Source: an uncultured Chloroflexia bacterium
Lineage (GTDB): Bacteria > Chloroflexota > Limnocylindria > QHBO01
Length of the DNA stretch: 64,000 nt
Direction: 5' to 3'
NCBI GenBank assembly: GCA_963771155.1
Contig: CAVYSK010000013.1
Location: forward strand, 16,919 to 80,918
Position numbers and translations under genes: made by a program. The notes under the pieces were generated by a model. That model had not been told where the DNA came from and did no database searches. It was given only the letters and a program-made list of their open reading frames with translations. Positions 44,372 to 52,545 of the stretch are shown here, one piece after another. Positions within the stretch are counted from its first letter, which is position 1. Each line of letters opens with the position of its first letter.

Positions 44372-45370
44372 TCAGGCGATGCGCATGCCCCCGCCGTAGG
44401 GCTCGCACCGTGCCGCCAGCTCGGCCACGTCGAGGCCGGCGCCGATCCCGAACGAGAGCAGCACCCGCGCCTTCAGGCCGCCCAGGGTGCCCGTGAAGAT
44501 CGCGCCGGCCTCCCACCACCGGTCGCTGCCGCCCGGGAACGCGTAGCCCGGACGCGGCCGGCCCGACGGGCAGCGCGTCGTGAGCGCCACCGGGACGCCG
44601 GCCGCGAGCAGCTCACGGGCATGCTCGAGATACGCAGGAGGCGTGTTGCCGCCACCGGCGGCGGCCACGACCAGCCCGGCTGGGCGCCGGGCGAGGGCGG
44701 ACTCCATGGCGCCCTCATCGCCGAGTGCGGTGACGACCAGGGGGACCGGCCCCGCGGCGCGCGCCGGCATGACGGGAAGCCGGACCGGCTCGCGCAGGCG
44801 CAGGACCGTGATCGATCCGTCGGCGATCAATCCCAGCGGACCCGCGTTCGGGCTCTGGAACGTCGTGTAGGCATGGGTGTGCGTCTTCCGCACGTCATCC
44901 GCGCCGTGGAGCTCGCCCGCCATTGCGACCGTTACCCCCAGTGCCGCCAGCCGCTCGTCGGCGGCGGCGATCACCGCGTTTCGCAGGTTCTCGGGGCCGT
45001 CGTAGCCCTCCTGGGACGCCGAACGCATCGCGCCGACGACCACGATCGGCTTGGGAGGCAGCGGCAGGAGGTCCCACGCAAACGCGGTCTCCTCGATGAC
45101 GTCGGTCCCCTGCACGACGACCGCTCCGTCGACATCCGGCCGGCGAAGCTGCTTGTCGAGCACGCGACCGATGTCGAGCAGCTGCTCGAACGTCAGGTGC
45201 GAGGCGGGGACCAGGCCCCAGTCGATCGGCTCGATGGCGGCGATCGACGCCAGGTCGGGGACGGTGGACAGCAGGTCCTCGGCGCGGAGCACCGGGACGT
45301 TGCCGGACGCATCGGCGCCACGCCGCATGGCGATCGTGCCGCCGGTGAAGATGACCGCCACGCGTCGCAT
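44372..45370 (-). CDS. L-asparaginase (type I-like)
   Basis: 332-aa ORF. N-terminal VAVIFTGGTIAM active-site threonine motif and the VVVQGTDVIEETA block. Confidence 0.85.
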   Translation of the reverse strand: MRRVAVIFTGGTIAMRRGADASGNVPVLRAEDLLSTVPDLASIAAIEPIDWGLVPASHLTFEQLLDIGRVLDKQLRRPDVDGAVVVQGTDVIEETAFAWDLLPLPPKPIVVVGAMRSASQEGYDGPENLRNAVIAAADERLAALGVTVAMAGELHGADDVRKTHTHAYTTFQSPNAGPLGLIADGSITVLRLREPVRLPVMPARAAGPVPLVVTALGDEGAMESALARRPAGLVVAAAGGGNTPPAYLEHARELLAAGVPVALTTRCPSGRPRPGYAFPGGSDRWWEAGAIFTGTLGGLKARVLLSFGIGAGLDVAELAARCEPYGGGMRIA

Positions 45371-45479
45371 CGGTCAGATCCTACGGCAGGCGCCCGAAAA
45401 GAAGGATCGACCCCGACCGATTACCATTGCCACCCAGCTCCGTCTGAACAGACACGACCCACCAGCCAGCGAGCGGACG

Positions 45480-46457
45480 ATGACCCGACCCATGATCGAG
45501 GCCATTGGCCTCCACAAGCACTTCGGCGACACGCACGCCCTGCGCGGCCTCGACCTGAGCGCCGCCGAGGGTTCGATCCTCGGCGTCCTCGGTCCGAACG
45601 GCGCGGGCAAGACGACCGCCGTGCGCATCCTCACGACGCTGACCCATGCCGATTCCGGCGAGGCCCGGGTCGCCGGGATCGACGTCATCAAGCGCCCGAA
45701 CGACGCGAGGAGGCAGTTCGGCGTCGCGGGCCAATCGGCCTCCCTGGACGAGATGCTGACCGGGCGCGAGAACCTCGAGATGATCGGCCGCCTGGGCCGC
45801 CTGCCCGTGACGGAGGTCCGCCGGCGGTCCGCCGAGCTGCTCGAGCGCTTCGAGCTGACCGATGCCGCCAACCGGACGGTGAAGACGTACTCAGGGGGGA
45901 TGCGTCGTCGCCTCGACCTCTGCGGTGCGCTGATGGGGCATCCGCCGGTCATCTTCCTCGACGAGCCGACCACCGGCCTCGATCCGAAGGGCCGCCTGTC
46001 GATGTGGGACCTCATCGCCGACCTCGCGAAGAGCGGCACGACGGTACTGATGACGACGCAGTACCTCGAGGAGGCCGATCGGCTGGCGGACGACATCGCC
46101 GTCATCGACCACGGCGTCGTCATCGCGCGGGGCACCTCGGACGAACTGAAGCGCCGCGTCGGAGGCGAGCTCCTGGAGGTCGTGATCGACAATCCGCGCT
46201 ACCTGCCCGAGGCGCGCCGAGCGCTCGAGGCGATCAGCGAGGCGAACGCCTACGTCGACGAGTCCGCCAAGCGCGTGAGCGTCCCGGTCGCCTCCCATGA
46301 GGGCGTGCTCACGATGGCGATCCGCGGGCTGGACGAGGCCGGTGTGCACGTCGACGACATCGGCTTCCGGCGTCCGACGCTGGATGAGGTGTTCCTGTCG
46401 ATCACCGGGCGCCCGGCCGAGGAGCGGACCGAGGCCGAGGAGGAGGTGCCCGCATGA
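45480..46457 (+). CDS. ABC transporter ATP-binding protein (DrrA-like)
   Basis: ATG 45480. Walker A GPNGAGKTT, signature YSGGMRRRL, Walker B IFLDEPTTGLD. The upstream 143 aa of the track ORF are rejected. Confidence 0.9.
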   Translation: MTRPMIEAIGLHKHFGDTHALRGLDLSAAEGSILGVLGPNGAGKTTAVRILTTLTHADSGEARVAGIDVIKRPNDARRQFGVAGQSASLDEMLTGRENLEMIGRLGRLPVTEVRRRSAELLERFELTDAANRTVKTYSGGMRRRLDLCGALMGHPPVIFLDEPTTGLDPKGRLSMWDLIADLAKSGTTVLMTTQYLEEADRLADDIAVIDHGVVIARGTSDELKRRVGGELLEVVIDNPRYLPEARRALEAISEANAYVDESAKRVSVPVASHEGVLTMAIRGLDEAGVHVDDIGFRRPTLDEVFLSITGRPAEERTEAEEEVPA

Positions 46458-47224
46458 CGGCCACTTGGTGGCTGCGCGACTCATGGGAGATGGTGCTGCG
46501 CAACCTGATCCACATCAAGCGCACGCCGGAGCTCCTGCTCGACGTGACCCTCAGCCCGATCATGTTCGTGCTGATCTTCGGCCTTGTCTTCGGTGGGGCG
46601 ATCCCGATCCCCGGCACCGACTACACCAACTTCCTCATGGCCGGCATCTTCGTGCAGACGATCGTCTTCGCCGGAATCTACAGCTCCGTGCTGCTGGCCA
46701 ACGACCTCAAGAACGGGATGATCGATCGGTTTCGCTCGCTGCCGATGTACCAGTCATCGGTGCTCGTGGGCCGGACCGTGACCGACCTGTTCCGCGCGCT
46801 CCTGGCGGTTGCGATCATGTGGGTCGTCGGGCTGGTCATCGGCTTCACCCCCACCGACTCGATCCCGGCGAACGCCGCCGCGGTGTTGCTGATGCTCCTG
46901 TTCGGATTCGCCCTGTCCTGGATCGGCGTCGCCGCCGGGGCGCTGGTCCGAACGCCGGAGGCGCTGCAGGGCATCATCTTCGCGGTCGTCTTCCCGCTCA
47001 CCTTCGTGAGCAGCGCCTTCGTGCCGGTCGAGACGATGCCCGAGTGGCTCCGGTGGTTCGCGGAGATCAACCCCCTGACCCTGGTCATCAACTCGGTCCG
47101 CTCGCTCACGCTCGAGGGTGTACCGGGCCCCAGCTTCGTCGGTGCCGTCGCGTGGTCGATCGGCCTGCTGGTGGTCTTCTTCCCCGTCGGGATGTGGCTC
47201 TACAACCGGCGGACGACGCAGTAG
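46454..47224 (+). CDS. ABC-2 type transporter permease (DrrB-like)
   Basis: 256-aa ORF with six hydrophobic spans. Its start overlaps the ATPase stop (ATGA). Confidence 0.85.
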   Translation: MTATWWLRDSWEMVLRNLIHIKRTPELLLDVTLSPIMFVLIFGLVFGGAIPIPGTDYTNFLMAGIFVQTIVFAGIYSSVLLANDLKNGMIDRFRSLPMYQSSVLVGRTVTDLFRALLAVAIMWVVGLVIGFTPTDSIPANAAAVLLMLLFGFALSWIGVAAGALVRTPEALQGIIFAVVFPLTFVSSAFVPVETMPEWLRWFAEINPLTLVINSVRSLTLEGVPGPSFVGAVAWSIGLLVVFFPVGMWLYNRRTTQ

Positions 47225-47233
47225 CCGCGCTGG

Positions 47234-47620
47234 TCACGCTCGCCTGACCAGCGTATCGGGAGCCGGCTCCCAGAGCTCGAAGCGGTTGCCCTCGGGATCG
47301 ACCGCCCAGCCGAAGCGTCCGATGCCGTCCATGACCTGGACCTCATCGTCGACGGTGGCCCCAGCCGATCGGAGCTGCGCGAGCATGGCGTCGAGGTCGG
47401 AGACGCGGAAGTTCAGCATCGCCTGCTGCTCACGACGGCCGAAGTAGTCGGTGTCCTCCGCGAACGGCGAGAACACGGTCGGGCCCTCCGCCTGCCACCA
47501 GGTGAGGTTTTGCTCCTCCGAGTAGCTGTCGACGCCGAGCGTCTCGGTGTACCAGCGCGCCAGCGCGTTGGGATCCCGCGCCCGGATGAAGAAGCCGCCG
47601 ATGCCCGTCACGCGTTCCAT
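47234..47620 (-). CDS. VOC/glyoxalase-family protein
   Basis: 128-aa ORF. GIGGFFIRARDP...FELWEP layout is typical of the vicinal oxygen chelate fold. Confidence 0.8.
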   Translation of the reverse strand: MERVTGIGGFFIRARDPNALARWYTETLGVDSYSEEQNLTWWQAEGPTVFSPFAEDTDYFGRREQQAMLNFRVSDLDAMLAQLRSAGATVDDEVQVMDGIGRFGWAVDPEGNRFELWEPAPDTLVRRA

Positions 47621-47623
47621 GGG

Positions 47624-48433
47624 TCAGATGCTAGCCATCTCCGCAACCATCCCCCGTTCCTCGGGACCCAACCACGGCGGCGTGCCGGCCACGGCATTCG
47701 CGACGGCATGGTCCGGAACCGACGTGGCGGGAATTGCCGCGGTGACGCGCGGATCGGACAGGGTCCATTTCAGGAGCGCCTGCGGCCAGGCCGTGACGCC
47801 GAATGGCCGCAGCCCTTCGAGGGCCCCGGCCGGAGGCGGCCGCCGGAGCAGCGAGCCCTCGCCGAACGGCCGCATGACGATCACCCCGAGACCCATCTCC
47901 TCGGCCAGCGGCAGGATCTCGCGCTCGGCCTCGCGTTGCCACGGGTTGTACGGGACCTGAATGGCCCCGATGCGACCGCTGCGCATCAGACGCGCAAGCT
48001 CGCCGAACGCGCCGGAGGCGTAGTGCGTCGCGCCGATGACGCGGACCACGCCGGCATCGCGCAGGCGCTCCAGCTGTTCCAGCCGGCGGCGCCAGGCGAC
48101 GAGGTTGTGCACCTGGTAGACGTCGATCCGGTCCCCGAACGTGCGACGCGCGAATGCGATCTGTCGCTCGGCCTCCGCGTCGTCGTCGGTCCAGACTTTC
48201 GTGGCCACGACCACCTCGTCGCGACGACCGTCGAGCGCGCGCCCGAGAACCGCTTCCGCCGCGCCGTACATCGGCGAGGAGTCCATGAGCCGCACGCCGG
48301 ACCCGAGCGCGGCGTCGACCACGGCACGGCTCCGGGACTCGCCGTCCGCATCGCGAACATCGAACGTCCGCCACGTCCCGAGGCCCACGACCGGCAGAAC
48401 GAGTCCGGTCCGTCCGAGCGGGCGCTCCTCCAC
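47624..48433 (-). CDS. aldo/keto reductase
   Basis: GTG 48433 directly follows the upstream stop. LGRTGLVLPVVGLGTW, MDSSPMYG and ATKVW motifs. Confidence 0.85.
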   Translation of the reverse strand: MEERPLGRTGLVLPVVGLGTWRTFDVRDADGESRSRAVVDAALGSGVRLMDSSPMYGAAEAVLGRALDGRRDEVVVATKVWTDDDAEAERQIAFARRTFGDRIDVYQVHNLVAWRRRLEQLERLRDAGVVRVIGATHYASGAFGELARLMRSGRIGAIQVPYNPWQREAEREILPLAEEMGLGVIVMRPFGEGSLLRRPPPAGALEGLRPFGVTAWPQALLKWTLSDPRVTAAIPATSVPDHAVANAVAGTPPWLGPEERGMVAEMASI

Positions 48434-48434
48434 C

Positions 48435-48824
48435 TCAGCCGCGTTTGGCGGCCTTCGGCGCCTTCGGCGCCTTGGGCGGCAGGGTGCGCACGTACGCGGC
48501 AGCGCGCTCAACCCAGTCGCGAGCCGCGTCGGGATCCGCGGCGACGTCCGCCGGCAGGGCGAGGTACTCCCGCATCGGGCGCCCGGCCATCGGCTCGAAC
48601 GTGGCCCACCCGGCGTCCAGGCGCTCGCGCCGAGCGTCTTCCGGCAGGCGAACGATCCAGGATTGCTGGTGCAGGCCGGTCACCATGTTGCCGCCGATGA
48701 AGCCGGCCGGGTACCCGAACATCTTGCGGGTCTCGAGGCCTTCGATCCCGGCGACTCCCGCCGCGAACCGCTCCACCAGGTCAGCCGACGACTTCTGCCA
48801 CTGGTCGTGTGCCATGGCCGCCAT
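48435..48824 (-). CDS. TfoX N-terminal-domain-like protein with KAP-repeat tail
   Basis: 129-aa ORF. The RKMFGYPAGFIGGNMV block resembles the TfoX_N domain. The C-terminal PPKAPKAPKAAKRG is encoded by 9-nt tandem repeats. Confidence 0.65.
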   Translation of the reverse strand: MAAMAHDQWQKSSADLVERFAAGVAGIEGLETRKMFGYPAGFIGGNMVTGLHQQSWIVRLPEDARRERLDAGWATFEPMAGRPMREYLALPADVAADPDAARDWVERAAAYVRTLPPKAPKAPKAAKRG

Positions 48825-48852
48825 GGTAGACCTCGTCGGCTAGGCTGATCCC

Positions 48853-49401
48853 ATGCCGTCATCTCCCCCACGCGACGCCATCCGCCCGCTCCTCCGGGTC
48901 CACCAGACCCGCGAGTTCGCCCCGGGGGCGGTCGACTCCGACGTCCTGCATGCCATCGCCGACGCCGGGCGGTGGTCCGGGTCGAGCGCGAACACGCAGC
49001 CCTGGCGCTTCGTGATCATCCGCGAGCCGGAGGCGCTGCACGCAATCGCGGAGGCCGGCGCGCCGTCTACCCGCTCGCTCGCCACCGCACCGGCCGCGAT
49101 CGCCGTCGTGATGCCCCAGAAGGAAGGCGGCGGGATCTCGCTCGCCTACGACGAGGGCCGCGCCGCCGAGCGGATGCTCATCGCCGCGTCCCTTCTCGAC
49201 CTTGGCGCGGGCATCTCATGGGTCAAGTCCGACGCGCGCGAGGCCGTTGCCATGGTCCTCGGCCTTCCCGCGGACCGCTTCGTTCGCACAATCGTGGCGG
49301 TGGGCCATCCCACCGAGGCGGCGCGGAAGCCTAAGGCCGCGCCCGGCGAAGCCCGGCTTCCCAGGGAGGAGACCGTATTCGAGGAGCGCTGGCCGGCCTG
49401 A
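48853..49401 (+). CDS. nitroreductase-family protein
   Basis: 182-aa ORF. RVHQTREF...SSANTQPWRFVII is a typical nitroreductase N-terminal FMN-binding region. Confidence 0.8.
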   Translation: MPSSPPRDAIRPLLRVHQTREFAPGAVDSDVLHAIADAGRWSGSSANTQPWRFVIIREPEALHAIAEAGAPSTRSLATAPAAIAVVMPQKEGGGISLAYDEGRAAERMLIAASLLDLGAGISWVKSDAREAVAMVLGLPADRFVRTIVAVGHPTEAARKPKAAPGEARLPREETVFEERWPA

Positions 49402-49423
49402 GCTCAGGACGCCGCCGCGGACC

Positions 49424-49813
49424 TCACCGGTCGACCAGCACGCCAAACAGGTGCTCGAACGTGGCCTCCGGATCGTCGGTGACGCCGGCGTGCAACGGCC
49501 CGGGCTGGACCAACGTGCTGCGTGGCGTCGTGAGCCAGTGGAAACGCTCCGACTGGCTCATCGTGGCAAACGGGACGGTGGCCACCTCGCCCGCCGCAAT
49601 CTGCACGATCTGATCGAGCTGCCGCCGGATGGCCTCGTGGTCGCAGCCCGCGCGGAGCGCCTCGACGGCGGCGGGCTCATAGTGAGTGCGGGCGGCCAGG
49701 TAGGACCGTTCGCGGTCGAACAGGATGAGGCCGGCGTTGACGAACTCCTCCCGCTCGATATCGGGCACGACGCGAACGACGGCGTAGGAGAACGCGCTAC
49801 GCGACGGCGCCAC
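49424..49813 (-). CDS. DUF3037-like protein
   Basis: GTG 49813. FSYAVVRVVPDIEREEFVNAGLILF matches my recollection of the DUF3037 N-terminal block. Overlaps the upstream kinase-like gene by 17 nt. Confidence 0.65.
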   Translation of the reverse strand: MAPSRSAFSYAVVRVVPDIEREEFVNAGLILFDRERSYLAARTHYEPAAVEALRAGCDHEAIRRQLDQIVQIAAGEVATVPFATMSQSERFHWLTTPRSTLVQPGPLHAGVTDDPEATFEHLFGVLVDR

Positions 49814-50591
49814 GTTGCACCCCGCGTCGCGCGCGCTCGGCCTCCGCGACCCATATCGGTCGGGCCGCCAGCCGGCCCGCCAGGTAGCGCGCATAGGCAT
49901 CTCGCTCGACATCGGCTCCGCCGAACCGTCGGTCGCGCAGCCAGTCATCCGGGATGGCCGCCAGAATCGGCTCGACCACCTCGTCGGAGAGGCGCGGGGC
50001 CAGGCGCGCATCGGCCTCCTCGATGGATGCGGCATACGGCAGCAGCACGTGCTCGGCGATGCGCTCGAAGGGACGCGCCGCGTGCTCGTCCGAGTCGGTC
50101 CATGCGTGGTGCACGTAGAGCGCCGAGCCATGATCGATGAGCCACGTCCGTCCATCGTGCACGACGAGATTCGCGTTGCGCGGCGTGCGGTCCGGGTTGA
50201 CCACCAGGTCATCGAACCAGACGACCTCGGCGGCCCACTCCGGCCCCTCCAGCGGCGGTCGCGCCAGGTCCGGTGCCAGAGCGCCCGGTACGAAGGCGAG
50301 GCCGATGTTCAGGCCGATCGACCAGCCGAGCAGATCGCGGATCTCGTCATGGGTCTCGCCGCGCGCGATGGCTTCGGGCAAGGATGCAAGCACGATGTCC
50401 GGCACCGGCAGGCCCAGCGCCCGACCTAGCTCGCCGGCCACCAGCTCGGCGATCAGCGCCTTCTCGCCGTGGCCGGCGCCACGGAACTTGATGACGTACT
50501 CGCGACCGTCGTCCGCCTCGACGAGCGCCGGTAGCGAGCTTCCCTCGCGGAGCGGCGTGACGTAGCGGGTGATCTCGACGGCGCGCAGCAT
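49797..50591 (-). CDS. HipA-like / protein-kinase-fold protein
   Basis: ATG 50591. Kinase-like elements VIKFRGAGHGEKALIAE, catalytic-loop-like NPDRTPRNANLVV and LIDHGSA (DFG-equivalent). Confidence 0.7.
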   Translation of the reverse strand: MLRAVEITRYVTPLREGSSLPALVEADDGREYVIKFRGAGHGEKALIAELVAGELGRALGLPVPDIVLASLPEAIARGETHDEIRDLLGWSIGLNIGLAFVPGALAPDLARPPLEGPEWAAEVVWFDDLVVNPDRTPRNANLVVHDGRTWLIDHGSALYVHHAWTDSDEHAARPFERIAEHVLLPYAASIEEADARLAPRLSDEVVEPILAAIPDDWLRDRRFGGADVERDAYARYLAGRLAARPIWVAEAERARRGVQRGAVA

Positions 50592-50610
50592 GCTGCGCGA
50601 GTGTAGAGAA

Positions 50611-50781
50611 CTACCTCGCGGGGATGGATCGCTCGCCGGCGACGAGTGTGACGGCGGAAAGGGCCGAGATGGCAAGGGCGCCGATGCCGATCCAGGCAGG
50701 CGTGAACGCGAAGGCCGAGGCCACGGCCACGTACAGGCCGAGCGCGACGAGGGTTGCGGCGAAGAAGGCGGCTGGGCGCAT
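50611..50781 (-). CDS. small two-TM membrane protein
   Basis: ATG 50781 gives MRPAAFFAATLVALGLYVAVASAFAFTPAWIGIGALAISALSAVTLVAGERSIPAR. Confidence 0.4.
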   Translation of the reverse strand: MRPAAFFAATLVALGLYVAVASAFAFTPAWIGIGALAISALSAVTLVAGERSIPAR

Positions 50782-50881
50782 GCGTGGGCTCCTGTGGGTG
50801 GACGATCGATTCGCCCCGAGCATCGCCGACCGACGACGCCGCGCCATCCATCGAATGCGCCAGCGCCGTCTACGACATTCG

Positions 50882-51334
50882 TCAGTCGCCGGAGTTGCGC
50901 TCCTGCCCCGGCGGTTCGCCCTGGCCGCGCCCGTTGCCCATGATCGAGCCGATTCCCGGGTGCACGCCGAGCTCGCGCGCGACTCGACCCCAGCCCATCG
51001 GCGCGCCGTCCGTTCCGCCGGTGTCGCGCATCTCGGCGAGCTCGTCGACCGATCGTCCGGTCTCGTCGGCCCAGGCAGCGATCCGTACCGCGCCCCCGAC
51101 GCCGTAGCGCGCCGCCAGGTCCGTGAAGACCGCCTCGTCCACGGTCACCTCGTTCTCGGCCAGCCGATCGAGAGCGTGCGTGATCGCCTCCGGATCGGGT
51201 GCCTCGTCCCCCTCGTCGGCGAGTGGTGCGGCCGGGTCAGCGGCCTGTGGCGCCCGGATGGCGGCCACCGTGCCGGCAATCGCGACGAGCAGCGTCAGCG
51301 TGCCGAGGAGGGCCAGCCGGTATCTGCGGTCCAT
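50882..51334 (-). CDS. membrane-anchored or secreted hypothetical protein
   Basis: ATG 51334. N-terminal anchor MDRRYRLALLGTLTLLVAIAGTVAAI, an acidic linker and a C-terminal helical region. No family recognised. Confidence 0.5.
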   Translation of the reverse strand: MDRRYRLALLGTLTLLVAIAGTVAAIRAPQAADPAAPLADEGDEAPDPEAITHALDRLAENEVTVDEAVFTDLAARYGVGGAVRIAAWADETGRSVDELAEMRDTGGTDGAPMGWGRVARELGVHPGIGSIMGNGRGQGEPPGQERNSGD

Positions 51335-51431
51335 GCGCAAACCCCTATTCTGGATGAGCTCCGCGCCACTGTACTCTCCCGACCTTGCAGCCGACCATGC
51401 AGAGGTGTCTCGGCGCACCGCGGGTCCGTCG

Positions 51432-51890
51432 TCAGCGGCGTTCTAGCTCGTCGAGCCAGGCCTCCAGGCGAGGCAGGTGCTCCTCGAGATGATCGGGGCC
51501 GGCCTTCCGCACCCAGTATTCGGCATCCTCGGTCACCTCGGGCAGCTGCGCCCAGGCTGCCAGCAGCTCCCCATGGGCCGATGCGGCCTGCAGGTGCACG
51601 GTGGGGAGTGGGATGTCACGCATGGCTTCCAGGAACCGCGCGTTCTCGGCGTCGATGTCGATCTCGTCGCGCCGATACGTTCCCGCCGCGATCCGCCGCA
51701 GCATCTGGGCCCCTTGCGCCATCCACGTCCCGATGTGGCCGATCGCGTCCTTCGCGGTCCAGCCCTCCTCGAAGTAGCCGGGTACGTCGGCGATGTCAGG
51801 CGTGACCCGATCGAGCAGGAGGTGGAATCGGTGCCACATCTCTGCCTCGCCGGGGATCGCGCGGGCGTCGGGCGCAGGCGTCGCCGTCAT
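51432..51890 (-). CDS. DinB/MDMPI_N-like four-helix-bundle protein
   Basis: ATG 51890. W..KD.IGH.. and C-terminal EEHLPRLEAWL patterns resemble the DinB-fold/mycothiol-dependent isomerase N-domain. Confidence 0.6.
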   Translation of the reverse strand: MTATPAPDARAIPGEAEMWHRFHLLLDRVTPDIADVPGYFEEGWTAKDAIGHIGTWMAQGAQMLRRIAAGTYRRDEIDIDAENARFLEAMRDIPLPTVHLQAASAHGELLAAWAQLPEVTEDAEYWVRKAGPDHLEEHLPRLEAWLDELERR

Positions 51891-51946
51891 GGACCAATCG
51901 TACCGCCGTTGCGGTATCGGCGACGGTGCCTTGTCGTCGCGGGGAG

Positions 51947-52435
51947 CTACTCCGTGACTTCCACTGGACCGAACAGGAAGGCCTCGTCGAGTCCGTCGGC
52001 GGTGCACAGGACGGCATACGTGTCAGGCTCCACGTCCGATGCCAGCTCGCTCGCGCCGGATGGATCGACCTGGACCTGCGCCTCCTCGGTGACGCCGGGG
52101 TCGGGCGTCAGCTCGAATGGTTCGCCGACGGACTCCGCGTCGTTGTACGAGTCCACATCGGATTCGACCGCCTCAAATGCGGAGCCGACTCGCAGCAGGC
52201 TCACCACGGCGGGGAACTCGGAATCGTTCGACACCGGGATCGCCAGGCTCCCGTCCTCGGCGGTGACGCTCGTCGAACCCGAATACGTGCACGCGCTGCT
52301 GGTGAGCGTCACCGTTGGGCCGAGCTCCGCCGCGCTGCTCGAGCTCGGCGTGGCCGACGAACCGCAGCCCCCCAGGAGGCCAAGCGTCAGGATCGCTCCC
52401 AGGCCCCAGCTTGCAGGGTGGCTTCGCCTGGTCAT
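51947..52435 (-). CDS. lipoprotein, function unknown
   Basis: ATG 52435. Lipobox signal MTRRSHPASWGLGAILTLGLLGGCGSS. This is only the C-terminal 162 aa of the 724-aa track ORF. Confidence 0.6.
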   Translation of the reverse strand: MTRRSHPASWGLGAILTLGLLGGCGSSATPSSSSAAELGPTVTLTSSACTYSGSTSVTAEDGSLAIPVSNDSEFPAVVSLLRVGSAFEAVESDVDSYNDAESVGEPFELTPDPGVTEEAQVQVDPSGASELASDVEPDTYAVLCTADGLDEAFLFGPVEVTE

Positions 52436-52545
52436 CGGTCGGACCTTCGTGGCCGATCCCGTTGTCGGCAGCGTGGGCATGTGGCCATTCCTCTCGTGCG
52501 CAAGCAACGATACGCCGGTGACACCGCCAACGGATTGGAGATCGG

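Noticed and set aside
47229-47252. Hairpin GCTGGTCA-N8-TGACCAGC between the ABC-2 permease and VOC genes as an intrinsic terminator
   Set aside because: It has no U-tract, and its right arm lies inside the VOC coding region (its stop is at 47234). This is too weak to annotate.
48442-48477. Three to four tandem 9-nt repeats (GCCTTCGGC) as a possible repeat array
   Set aside because: They lie inside the TfoX-like gene and encode its KAPKAPKAAK tail. They are too short and too regular for a CRISPR or regulatory array.
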